A DNA stretch of 20,886 nucleotides from Atribacterota bacterium (GCA_038203565.1 JBBRDV010000020.1:1-20886), one strand, 5' to 3'; numbered from the stretch's first letter, positions 1 through 8,360 are shown. Program-made: numbers and translations. The notes: a model not told the origin generated them from the sequence alone.

Positions 1-1026
1 TATTTTAATTTAGTAAAAGTTCTGGAGATAACTTTAAATAATGGTATCGACCCTAAAACCGGTAGTAAAATAGGAATAGAAAGTGGTGAGCCAACCCAGT
101 TTAACTCATTTGAAGAATTATTAGTTGCCTTTAAAAAACAACTTCATCATTTTGTAGATATAAAAATAAGAGGAAATAATATTATTGAAAGATTATACGC
201 AACCTGTATGCCTGCACCATTCCTTTCTATCATCATTAGTGATTGTATTGAAAATGGGAAGGATTATAACGCAGGAGGAGCCCGTTACAATACCGATTAC
301 ATTCAAGGGGTAGGGATTGGAACTATTACCGATAGTTTATCAGCAATTAAACACCACGTCTTTGACCAGAAAAATATAAGTATGAAAAAATTAAAAGAAG
401 TATTAAAAGATAATTTTGTTGATTATGAAGAAGTACGCCAATTATTTTTAAATAAGACCCCCAAATACGGGAATGATGATGATTATGCCGATGATATTAT
501 GAAATTAGTATTTGATGCCTTTTATGAGGAAGTAAATGGAAGAAAGAATACTAAAGGCGGAGTTTACAGGATTAATATGCTCCCCACCACTTGTCATATC
601 TATTTTGGTTCAGTAGCGGGAGCTACACCTGATGGAAAAAGGGCCGGACAACCTGTCTCAGAAGGAATCTCACCAGTACAGGGGGCAGATCGTTTGGGAC
701 CTACAGCAGTTATCAAATCAGCCGCCAAGATGGACCAGGTAAAAACCGGAGGGACCCTTCTAAATCAAAAGTTTACTCCTCAATTACTGGAAGGAGAGGA
801 AGGAATAAATAACCTTGCTCACCTGATTAGGGCTTACTTTAAATTAGGTGGGCATCATATCCAATTTAATGTAGTAAGTGCTGATACTCTGAGGGCTGCT
901 CAAAAAGAACCTGAAGAATACAGAAATCTTATTGTGCGAGTAGCAGGTTATAGTGATTATTTTAATAACCTCAGCAAGACCTTGCAGGATGAAATTATCA
1001 GTCGAACAGAACATAAATCTTGTTAA
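1..1026 (+). CDS. hypD: Glycyl-radical enzyme (PFL-like), most likely trans-4-hydroxy-L-proline dehydratase; 5'-truncated by the window edge
   Basis: Frame open from base 1 (YFNLVKVLEITLNNG...). Glycyl-radical loop RVAGYSDYF, plus KYGNDDDYAD and HHIQFNV. GKDYNAGGARYNT, MLPTTCHIYFG and KTGGTLLNQ resemble HypD as I recall it. The Cys loop lies outside the window, so the family is certain and the substrate less so. Confidence 0.75.
   Translation, partial: YFNLVKVLEITLNNGIDPKTGSKIGIESGEPTQFNSFEELLVAFKKQLHHFVDIKIRGNNIIERLYATCMPAPFLSIIISDCIENGKDYNAGGARYNTDYIQGVGIGTITDSLSAIKHHVFDQKNISMKKLKEVLKDNFVDYEEVRQLFLNKTPKYGNDDDYADDIMKLVFDAFYEEVNGRKNTKGGVYRINMLPTTCHIYFGSVAGATPDGKRAGQPVSEGISPVQGADRLGPTAVIKSAAKMDQVKTGGTLLNQKFTPQLLEGEEGINNLAHLIRAYFKLGGHHIQFNVVSADTLRAAQKEPEEYRNLIVRVAGYSDYFNNLSKTLQDEIISRTEHKSC
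988..1026 (+). repeat. Left copy of 39-bp direct repeat (attL-like): last 13 codons of the glycyl-radical gene
   Basis: GATGAAATTATCAGTCGAACAGAACA (988-1013) is identical to 8040-8065; 35/39 identity through the stop codon. Confidence 0.9.
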
Positions 1027-1052
1027 ATTTTATATATATATTTTTCTTATTT

Positions 1053-1087
1053 ATAAACTGTAAACTAAGAACGATAAACTAAAAACT
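1053..1087 (+). repeat. Degenerate 7-bp tandem repeat (5 units)
   Basis: ATAAACT GTAAACT AAGAACG ATAAACT AAAAACT. Confidence 0.5.
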
Positions 1088-1211
1088 TTCCTTAAAAAGA
1101 AGGATTTTATAAACTTTTTGTCGAATTAATATTAGGATATAGAAAAGTTTGAAAATATTGATTTTCTTGACCGTTGGTGGTGATTCAATAAGGTAAATAT
1201 ATACTCTTGAA

Positions 1212-1240
1212 GTGTGACAAAGAGCTGTCCCTTGACACAT
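1212..1240 (-). repeat. REP-like hairpin, AGGGACAG family
   Basis: Minus strand ATGTGTCAAGGGACAGCTCTTTGTCACAC: imperfect stem around a GGGACAGCTCT loop, related to 9905-9928 and 14621-14644. Confidence 0.6.
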
Positions 1241-1257
1241 ACAAGCTCTGCTAATAG

Positions 1258-1276
1258 TGCAGGATTCATTCCTGCA
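1258..1276. repeat. Small hairpin, possibly a degenerate GTAG-type REP
   Basis: TGCAGGA-TTCAT-TCCTGCA, preceded by ATAG. Confidence 0.4.
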
Positions 1277-1377
1277 GGAGAAGCTCATTATTCAATTAAT
1301 GATTCAGATGAACCATGTGAATTGATATGGGTATTAGTTGAAAAATAAAACATTGAAGATTATCTTGAGGATAAATT

Positions 1378-1411
1378 AACCCCGAATAGTTTTGAAACTT
1401 TCGGGGTTTTT
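1378..1411 (+). terminator. Hairpin followed by a T-run (intrinsic terminator or REP-like)
   Basis: AACCCCGAA-T-AGTTT-TG-AAACT-TTCGGGGTT then TTT. Confidence 0.45.
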
Positions 1412-1522
1412 GGATAAGAATGTTTAAAGAAGAATCTAAAAGATTAAAGGCAACTTCAAAAATAGCTTGTATATATACTACAGTAGCTGCTGAATAGATA
1501 AACAAAATAATACAGGGGACGG

Positions 1523-1754
1523 CAGAGCGTGTGAAAGTTAATGATAATATTTTTCACAAAAGCGCAAACCATCTACTTTATATTAAAGTGACCTCTACTA
1601 CTAGACATATTTACTGAAAAATGAGACTTCTTGTATAATAAAATAGGTTTAAAGGTAAAAGTAATACTTATGCCAGTATCACTTTCTTTCTTTGCCTTAA
1701 TCTTCTTAATACCTCTTCACTTCCAAGGATATTGATAGCCCGTAGAAGATTTTT
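1523..1754 (-). mobile_element. IS1182-family remnant: transposase C-terminal tail plus right end
   Basis: Minus strand 1754-1668 reads KNLLRAINILGSEEVLRRLRQRKKVILA*, like the 'YNLxRxINILGxxxL' tail of IS1182 transposases. Minus strand 1538-1523 is ACTTTCACACGCTCTG, resembling IS1182 termini. Confidence 0.6.
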
Positions 1755-1770
1755 TTAATAATATACCTTC

Positions 1771-1827
1771 TTCGTTACAATAACGAAAAGCTTGACAAAA
1801 CAGCCATAATTCGTTACAATAACGAAA
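1771..1827 (+). promoter_or_regulatory. Sigma70 promoter with two identical palindromic operators
   Basis: TTGACA (1792-1797), 17 bp, TACAAT (1815-1820). TTCGTTA-CAA-TAACGAA(A) occurs at 1771-1788 and 1810-1827; the second copy contains the -10 box. Confidence 0.85.
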
Positions 1828-1863
1828 GACGAAAGGATGAAAAAAGATTTGAAGTGAAGATTA

Positions 1864-2442
1864 ATGAAGAGAATACTTAAAAAAATAGCAAAAGAGCTTT
1901 CCAAAATTGAAGATGTAAAAGTTGTTATCCTTTATGGCAGTCTTGCCAGAGGAGAATTTACTTCAAGGTCAGACCTTGACTTATTTATACTTACAACTGA
2001 GTGTAATGTCCAGAAAGAGATACACGATAAAGTAATAGAGCTTGAATCCGAAATAGGCAGAAATTTCCAGCCAACCATAAGAACTATAGCTGAATTGCAG
2101 AAAACAGATACTGGTTTACTGCAGAACATCTTTCAGGAAGGAAAGATTCTCTACTTGAGAGAGCCATCCGACATCCCATCCGCTATATTACTGCAACAAA
2201 AACCTTATCTGATTTACTCTTTTCAGATAAGCAGCTTAGCTCAAAAAGAAAAAGCAAGATTCAACAGGCAACTTTACGAACAGACCAGAAAAGGATACAA
2301 GTATAAAGGTTTACTGCAGGAGATAGGCGGCCAGAAACTTTCCGCAGGTTGTGTAATGATTCCTTATGAGCAAAAGGAAAAGATTGAGAAATTCTTTAAG
2401 AAGTTTAAAGTGAAATTTGAACAATTAAAGGTTTGGAAATAG
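1864..2442 (+). CDS. Minimal nucleotidyltransferase (MNT, Pol-beta superfamily) with a C-terminal Cas2/VapD/PaaX-central-like domain
   Basis: LYGSLARGEFTSRSDLDLFIL is the GSxxRG...SDxD MNT motif. The ~80-aa extension (YLIYSFQI...FNRQLY...GLLQEIGGQKLSAGCVMIP...FFKKFKVKF) has a ferredoxin-like beta-alpha-beta-beta-alpha-beta pattern; this C-terminal call is inferred. Confidence 0.75.
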   Translation: MKRILKKIAKELSKIEDVKVVILYGSLARGEFTSRSDLDLFILTTECNVQKEIHDKVIELESEIGRNFQPTIRTIAELQKTDTGLLQNIFQEGKILYLREPSDIPSAILLQQKPYLIYSFQISSLAQKEKARFNRQLYEQTRKGYKYKGLLQEIGGQKLSAGCVMIPYEQKEKIEKFFKKFKVKFEQLKVWK

Positions 2443-2666
2443 GAATGTGACAGAGAATGGGATCTGTGATTTTAAGGAAGTTTAATTTGAATGTAAAATT
2501 AAGAGGTTAATTTATATGAATAAAAGAATAGTATTTTTTATACAGTAGGGCGGATACAAATGATGTTTTTTTTTGAAAAATACCTACTTGAAACATAAAC
2601 GAAGTAGTTCGGTTATTTTAATTTACATGAAATGTCGTCAATTTTTTTTGGAGGACGAAAATAAAA

Positions 2667-4105
2667 ATGCAAAATCTATTAGAAGAACTTAAAAAACTTT
2701 TAGAGCAGGATGAACGGTTAGTTGTTGAAGGTAAACTTTTAAAGAACAAAATAATTGAATCGGCTCTTAAACTTGACGTTAATTTGATTAGACTTCTACT
2801 AAAAAGTGAAACCATTAAAACACATTTCTTTCAAGAGGTTGATGGAGTGCTTGTTTTTGATAAGATGAAATTGACCGCTTACTTGAACCGAAGGTTCTAA
2901 CTAATTTTAAAAGAATAGACAAAAATGGTGAGCATAAAGTAAAAGAGTTAAAGGAAAAAGATAACCTGATTATAAGAGGAAATAATTTACTTGCCTTGCA
3001 TTCGCTCAAAAAAAAGTTTGCTGGTAAGGTTAATTTGATATATATAGACCCGCCGTATAATACTGGAGGTCCAGATGATTCTTTTAAATATAATGACAGC
3101 TTTAATCATTCCACTTGGTTAGTTTTCATGCGGAACCGTCTTGAAGTTGCAAAAGATTTATTAAATAAATATGGAGCGATTTATGTTCAGTTGGACTACA
3201 ATGAAGTGCATTATTGTAAAGTCTTAATGGATGAGATATTTGGAAGAGAAAATTTTCAAAGAGAAATAATATGGAGAATTGGATGGGTCTCTGGATACAA
3301 AACCGCCAATAAAAACTGGATAAGAAATCATGATACAATCCTTTTCTATTCTAAAAATAAAGATAGTCTTAAATTCATCAAGAAATATATCCCTTACCCT
3401 AAAGATTATGTTAGAAGAGATGGTTCAAAGCCGGAAGGCGAGGGTTATCCCTATGAAGATACGTGGAATTGTAATGAATTAGATTCATTAAATTCAATCG
3501 CGATTGTAAGTTTCACTAAAGAAAAAGTTGGTGATTTTAAGGGTCAAAAAAATGAAGCTTTAATTAAACGAATAGTAGAATCTCATACGGAAGAAGGCGA
3601 AATAGTGTTAGATTTTTTCAGTGGTACCGGAACGACAGCATCGGTAGCCCACAAGTTGAAAAGACGATGGATTACTATCGAACAGATTGATGAACAAATA
3701 GATAAGCAATTAGTTCGGTTGAAAAATGTTATCAATGGAGACCCATTAGGTATTTCAAAATCAGTAAACTGGCAGGGTGGCGGAGATTTTACTTACTGTG
3801 AATTAATGAAACTAAATGAAAAATACGTCGCTGAAATTAAAAAATCAAAGACCACCGAAGAACTTCTTAATATTTGGAAAACAATGAAAGAAAAAGCATT
3901 TTTGAGTTATAAAGTTGATGTTAAACAGTTTGATGAGAATGTAGCAGAATTTGAACAATTGCGTTTAGATGACCAGAAAAAATTTCTTATTGAATGTCTG
4001 GACAAAAATCAATTGTATGTTAATCTTTCTGAAATAGATGATTCTGAATATGAAATCAATAAAGAAGATAAAGAATTAAACAAGCAGTTTTACGAGGTAA
4101 AATAA
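2667..4105 (+). pseudogene. mod: Type III R-M methyltransferase (Mod, amino-MTase, beta class), frameshifted at ~2863-2872
   Basis: RBS GGAGG before ATG 2667. The N-terminal frame ends at 2900. A second frame is open from 2864 (DEIDRLLEPKVLTNFKR...NLIIRGNNLLALHSL...IYIDPPYNTG...DFFSGTGTT) to 4105. Confidence 0.85.
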
Positions 4106-4108
4106 AAT

Positions 4109-6715
4109 ATGCCAGGACAAACATTAGAACAAAAAATATCGGCAGCAAATGAACTTGGACTACCTTTCCCTGAAGTTCCCAATATTATTAAAAACAATCT
4201 CAATCCTTTATTTCAATTGAGACCGTATCAAATAGAAGCATTCTCTCGTTTTATATTTTATACGAATAACACACAAATTAAGCAAAAACCTACTCAATTG
4301 CTTTTTCATATGGCAACAGGTAGTGGTAAGACATTGATAATGGCAGGAGCAATACTTTATCTTTATCAACAGGGTTATCGCAATTTTATTTTTTTTGTAA
4401 ATAGCACTAATATAATAAACAAAACAAGAGATAATTTTTTAAACCCACTTTCTATAAAGTATCTTTTTTCTGAAAATATTACTTATGGAGAAAAACAGAT
4501 TAAAATTAAAGAAGTTGATAATTTTCAAGTTGCCAATCAGGAAGATATAAATATTATTTTTTCCACCATTCAAGGGTTACACTCTCGTTTGAATACTCCT
4601 CGTGAAAATTCTATCACCTATGATGACTTTGCTGATAAAAAAATTGTTCTTCTTTCAGACGAAGCTCATCATATCAATGTAGAGACAAGGAAAGGAAAAT
4701 TAACTATTGAAGAAAAGGAAGAAATAATTAGTTGGGAAGGCACTGTAAATCGCATCTTCAGGTCAAATCCTGATAATATCTTGCTTGAATTTACTGCGAC
4801 AATAGATTTTAGTAATCAAGATATCGCTAATAAATATTTTGATAAACTGATTTTTGATTATCCGTTAAAACAATTCCGTTTAGATGGATATTCCAAAGAA
4901 GTGAAAGTTTTAGAGGCGGATTTACCACCAATAGACCGTGCATTGCAAGGTATATTATTAAACCAATACAGAAGAAAGATATTTGAGAAATACAAAAAGA
5001 GGATTAAACCGGTTATTTTATTTAAATCAAAAACTATAGCAGAAAGTGAAAATTTATATGAAGAGTTTAAAGATAAGATAAAGAACCTAAAAGAACAAGA
5101 TATTCAAAAATTTAATAGTCCTGACAACGATAAAGTAATTAAAAGGATATTTGAATATTTTGAAAAGAATAACATTTCTATTGAAAATATCGTTAACGAA
5201 ATAGAAGAGGATTTCTCGGAAGATAAATGTATCATTGTAAATAGCAAGTCAGAAAGTGAAGAAAAGCAAATTTATATAAATACTCTTGAAGATGAAAATA
5301 ACGAATATAGGGCTGTTTTTGCTGTAAATATGCTAAATGAAGGATGGGATGTTTTAAATCTTTTTGATATTGTTCGATTATATAATACAAGAGATACGAA
5401 AGATGGCAAACCCGGCAGAACAACAACGTCAGAAGCACAACTTATTGGAAGAGGTGCAAGGTATTGTCCCTTTCGGATAGAAGAGACGCAACCGATATAT
5501 CAACGTAAATATGACAAAGATATTGGAAACGAACTTCGTATTTGCGAAGAGTTATATTATCATAGTGCATATAATCCAAGATATATTCAGGAATTAAATA
5601 TTGCTTTACAGGAAATTGGTATTAAAGCTAAAGAATCAAGAGAGATACAACTTACCTTGAAACCAGATTTCAAAGAATCTGATATTTATAAAAATGGTAT
5701 TATTTTCCTGAACAAACAATTAAAAAATGACCGAACTGGGATATTAAATCTTCCAACTTCAATAATCGCACAATCATTTGAAGTTAAATTAGAAACCGGA
5801 ATTAGCTCAACAACTACAATTTTTGATAACCAAAATGTGGCTAATATAGAACTGAAAGAAAAAGAGTATCGTCTGACAGATTTTGGTATTAATATTATCA
5901 GAAAAGCATTGAATAGGTTAGAATTTTATAAGTTCAATAATATAAAATCATTTTTACCAAATCTAAAATCTGTTTCTGAATTTATTACTTCTAAAAATTA
6001 TTTGGGAAAAATTAAGGTTGATATTAAAGGTCTATTGAATCAAATTAATAATTTGGCCCCAAAACAAAAATTGGAAATAACAATAAATGTATTAGAAAAA
6101 ATTAGCCAGATAATTATATCAGAAGATGTAGAATTTAAGGGAACAAAAGAATTTAAACCTTATGAAGTAAATAAAACATTTAAAGATAAAACCTTAAATA
6201 TATGTGTCCGAGAAGGTGGAGATCAGGAATATGGTGTTGGACAAAATGAAACTCCAAATCCTGATTTGAAACTGGATTTAAGCAATAAAGAATGGTATGT
6301 CTTTAATGATAACTATGGAACATCAGAAGAAAAACATTTAATAAAATATATAAATAAAGCGTATGATAAATTAAAAACAAAGTGTAGTAAAATATATCTT
6401 GTCCGTAATGAGAAATGTTTCCAATTATATAATTTTGATGACGGGCGTGCAATGGAACCAGATTTTGTCTTGTTTTTAGAGAAGAAGGAAACCGGACAAT
6501 CATTATATTATCAGATATTCATTGAGCCAAAGGGTGACCATTTGTTAAAAGAAGATGCATGGAAAGAAATTTTTTTAAAGTCCTTAAAAGAAGAAGTAGA
6601 AATTAAAGTCCTATGGAAAACAAAGAAATTTATTGTATGGGGTATGCCTTTTTATAATGAACAATTACGTAAGGTTGAATTTGAAAATGAGTTTGAAAAA
6701 ATAACTAATGATTAA
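4109..6715 (+). CDS. res: Type III R-M restriction subunit (SF2 helicase plus C-terminal PD-(D/E)xK nuclease)
   Basis: LRPYQ, MATGSGKT (Walker A), DEAH, EFTAT, LNEGWD, QLIGRGAR; nuclease motif EPDFVLF...IEPKG; 3 bp downstream of mod. Confidence 0.9.
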   Translation: MPGQTLEQKISAANELGLPFPEVPNIIKNNLNPLFQLRPYQIEAFSRFIFYTNNTQIKQKPTQLLFHMATGSGKTLIMAGAILYLYQQGYRNFIFFVNSTNIINKTRDNFLNPLSIKYLFSENITYGEKQIKIKEVDNFQVANQEDINIIFSTIQGLHSRLNTPRENSITYDDFADKKIVLLSDEAHHINVETRKGKLTIEEKEEIISWEGTVNRIFRSNPDNILLEFTATIDFSNQDIANKYFDKLIFDYPLKQFRLDGYSKEVKVLEADLPPIDRALQGILLNQYRRKIFEKYKKRIKPVILFKSKTIAESENLYEEFKDKIKNLKEQDIQKFNSPDNDKVIKRIFEYFEKNNISIENIVNEIEEDFSEDKCIIVNSKSESEEKQIYINTLEDENNEYRAVFAVNMLNEGWDVLNLFDIVRLYNTRDTKDGKPGRTTTSEAQLIGRGARYCPFRIEETQPIYQRKYDKDIGNELRICEELYYHSAYNPRYIQELNIALQEIGIKAKESREIQLTLKPDFKESDIYKNGIIFLNKQLKNDRTGILNLPTSIIAQSFEVKLETGISSTTTIFDNQNVANIELKEKEYRLTDFGINIIRKALNRLEFYKFNNIKSFLPNLKSVSEFITSKNYLGKIKVDIKGLLNQINNLAPKQKLEITINVLEKISQIIISEDVEFKGTKEFKPYEVNKTFKDKTLNICVREGGDQEYGVGQNETPNPDLKLDLSNKEWYVFNDNYGTSEEKHLIKYINKAYDKLKTKCSKIYLVRNEKCFQLYNFDDGRAMEPDFVLFLEKKETGQSLYYQIFIEPKGDHLLKEDAWKEIFLKSLKEEVEIKVLWKTKKFIVWGMPFYNEQLRKVEFENEFEKITND

Positions 6716-6794
6716 AATTGCCGATACTTCATATGAAGTTGTGAAGTCCCCATAATATAAATTTGGCCTCTTTTATTAGATTGAAGGTGATTTA

Positions 6795-7832
6795 ATGGAA
6801 AACAAAATGGAAAAGGTTAAAAAAACCGAAGATATCTTCAATAGAATCTCCGGGTTAATTGAGCAAGCAAGAAAAAGAGTTACAATCACCATTAACGAAG
6901 AGATGGTTTTGCTTTATTGGAATATTGGCAAAGCAATTAGAGAAGAGATAATTAAGTCAAAGCGGGCTGAGTATGGAAAACAAATTGTCCACACACTGAG
7001 TGGAGAATTAACTTTAAAATATGGAAAAGGTTACTCGGTTCAAAATTTATGGTATATGTTAGATCTTTATGATGAATATCCAATTCTCCACGCACTGCGT
7101 GGAGAATTCAGAGGACTAGGTTGGACTCATATTAGAACATTACTGCCAATTAAAGATAATTTAAAGCGTGAATTTTACGCCACACTTTGCCAAAAAGAAC
7201 GATGGAGCACTCGAATATTACAAGATAGGTTAAATAGCATGCTTTATGAAAGAACCGTTCTTTCAAGGTTGCCAGAAGAAACTATTAAAAATCAATTAAA
7301 GGAATTAAAAGAGAAAGACAAGATGACGCCAGAACTTGTTTTTAGAGACCCTTATGTTTTAGACTTTTTAGGACTTCATGACACCTATAGCGAAAAAGAC
7401 TTAGAGCAAGCAATACTTAATGCTCTTGAAAAATTTATCCTTGAATTTGGCAAAGATTTTTATTTCGTCGGAAGGCAGAAAAGAATTACCATTGATAGTG
7501 AGGATTATTATATTGATTTGTTATTCTATCATAGAAAGTTAAGGTGCTTTGTGGTAATAGAATTAAAACTTGGTAAATTCAAGGCAGAGTATAAGGGGAA
7601 AATGGAATTGTATCTCAGATACTTGGAGAAATATGAAATGGACGAAGGAGAAAATCCACCCATTGGTGTTATTCTTTGTACCGAAAAAGGCAAAGAGCAG
7701 ATTAAACTACTTTTCTTGCCTGAAGATAGAATAAAAGTTGCCGAATATTTAACAAAGTTACCACCAAAAGAATTATTTGCCGAAAAATTACATAAGGCTA
7801 TGTTGATTGCCCAAGTTAAGTTGAAGGAGTGA
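6795..7832 (+). CDS. DUF1016/YhcG-family PD-(D/E)xK nuclease
   Basis: LYWNIG, FRDPYVLDFLGL, FYFVGRQKRI, IDLLFYHRKLRCFVVIELK, ENPPIGVILC are hallmark YhcG motifs. Confidence 0.92.
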   Translation: MENKMEKVKKTEDIFNRISGLIEQARKRVTITINEEMVLLYWNIGKAIREEIIKSKRAEYGKQIVHTLSGELTLKYGKGYSVQNLWYMLDLYDEYPILHALRGEFRGLGWTHIRTLLPIKDNLKREFYATLCQKERWSTRILQDRLNSMLYERTVLSRLPEETIKNQLKELKEKDKMTPELVFRDPYVLDFLGLHDTYSEKDLEQAILNALEKFILEFGKDFYFVGRQKRITIDSEDYYIDLLFYHRKLRCFVVIELKLGKFKAEYKGKMELYLRYLEKYEMDEGENPPIGVILCTEKGKEQIKLLFLPEDRIKVAEYLTKLPPKELFAEKLHKAMLIAQVKLKE

Positions 7833-7838
7833 CACTAC

Positions 7839-7868
7839 ATGTTAAAACTTAAATTTGATTCAAAATAG
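7839..7868 (+). pseudogene. Truncated gene start (MLKLKFDSK*), possibly the N-terminus of a second Type III Res
   Basis: RBS AAGGAG at 7824-7829, then ATG. The peptide resembles the MKLxFD start of many Res proteins and stops just before a REP-like repeat at 7872. Confidence 0.3.
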
Positions 7869-7871
7869 AAT

Positions 7872-8018
7872 AAATAGGAATACATCCCATTTTCTTAGAC
7901 AATTAATATTTTGCTTTAAATTAAATAAATAAGAAAGGTGTAACGGGTCAATATTTTGGTAACTTTTAGCGAAAAACCTATAAGGCTTGGGGGTTTTCTA
8001 TAGGATGCGTCCCTATTT
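7872..8018. repeat. Inverted pair of REP-like units (REPIN/MITE-like, ~147 bp)
   Basis: AAATAGGAATACATCCCAT (7872-7890) versus the reverse complement of 8000-8018, AAATAGGGACGCATCCTAT: 15/19 identical. Confidence 0.5.
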
Positions 8019-8039
8019 AAATTAAAAATTGAGGGGAAA

Positions 8040-8078
8040 GATGAAATTATCAGTCGAACAGAACACCAATTTTGTTGA
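8040..8078 (+). repeat. Right copy of direct repeat (attR-like), displaced 3' end of the glycyl-radical gene
   Basis: Encodes DEIISRTEHQFC* versus DEIISRTEHKSC* at 988-1026. Confidence 0.9.
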
Positions 8079-8111
8079 AATAATTAGTGTAAAAATTTTA
8101 GTAAAATAAAT

Positions 8112-8139
8112 TTGACAAAGCTAGAGGTTGTGGTATAAT
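8112..8139 (+). promoter_or_regulatory. Strong sigma70 promoter for the RRM gene
   Basis: TTGACA (8112-8117), 16 bp, extended -10 TGgTATAAT (8131-8139). Confidence 0.75.
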
Positions 8140-8360
8140 AAACTGGTTAAAGTCTGTTAGATAAAAATGACTGGCCTTTATTACTTAAAAGAGATGCTAA
8201 CAACAATCAACTGAATTCTTTATAACAGATTGTTAAAAAAGGATCTCTTGCGTTTTAATAATGTTATCGTTAAGAGCTTAGAATCATTTCCTTGCTTCTT
8301 TTCTCCCAAAGAAACGTTATTGGACTTAAGAGAAATAATAACGAAAAGGAGGAAAAAAAT

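Larger units (their letters stand above)
988..8078. mobile_element. Putative genomic (defence) island inserted in the 3' end of the glycyl-radical gene; no integrase visible
   Basis: Flanking direct repeats 988-1026 and 8040-8078; cargo of R-M, DUF1016, MNT and IS remnant is typical accessory content. Confidence 0.7.

Noticed and set aside
1079..1505. Two 69-aa minus-strand ORFs
   Set aside because: No recognisable motifs or RBS, and they run through hairpins and repeats.
1771..1827. Two 18-bp repeats as a mini CRISPR array beside a Cas2-like domain
   Set aside because: Only two short units with a 21-bp spacer that contains the -35 box; an operator-promoter layout explains it, and no cas genes are present.
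1837..1857. In-frame upstream ATG (MKKDLK-TGA) before the MNT gene as selenocysteine or readthrough
   Set aside because: No SECIS-like hairpin seen and the MNT domain is complete from 1864; probably incidental.
3008..3015. Poly-A run in mod as a phase-variation tract
   Set aside because: It is in frame (KKK) and not at the break point at 2863-2872.
988..8078. Direct repeat as a diversity-generating retroelement VR/TR pair
   Set aside because: Only 39 bp, mismatches (T/C, A/C, C/T, A/G) are not confined to adenines of one copy, and there is no reverse transcriptase.
8041..8109. 22-aa ORF MKLSVEQNTNFVEIISVKILVK with a GAGGGG RBS
   Set aside because: It mostly reads the duplicated hypD tail out of frame, so it is unlikely to be a real protein.
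8292..8360. N-terminal extension of the RRM ORF in the ORF track
   Set aside because: A strong RBS precedes ATG 8361, where the RRM domain starts.
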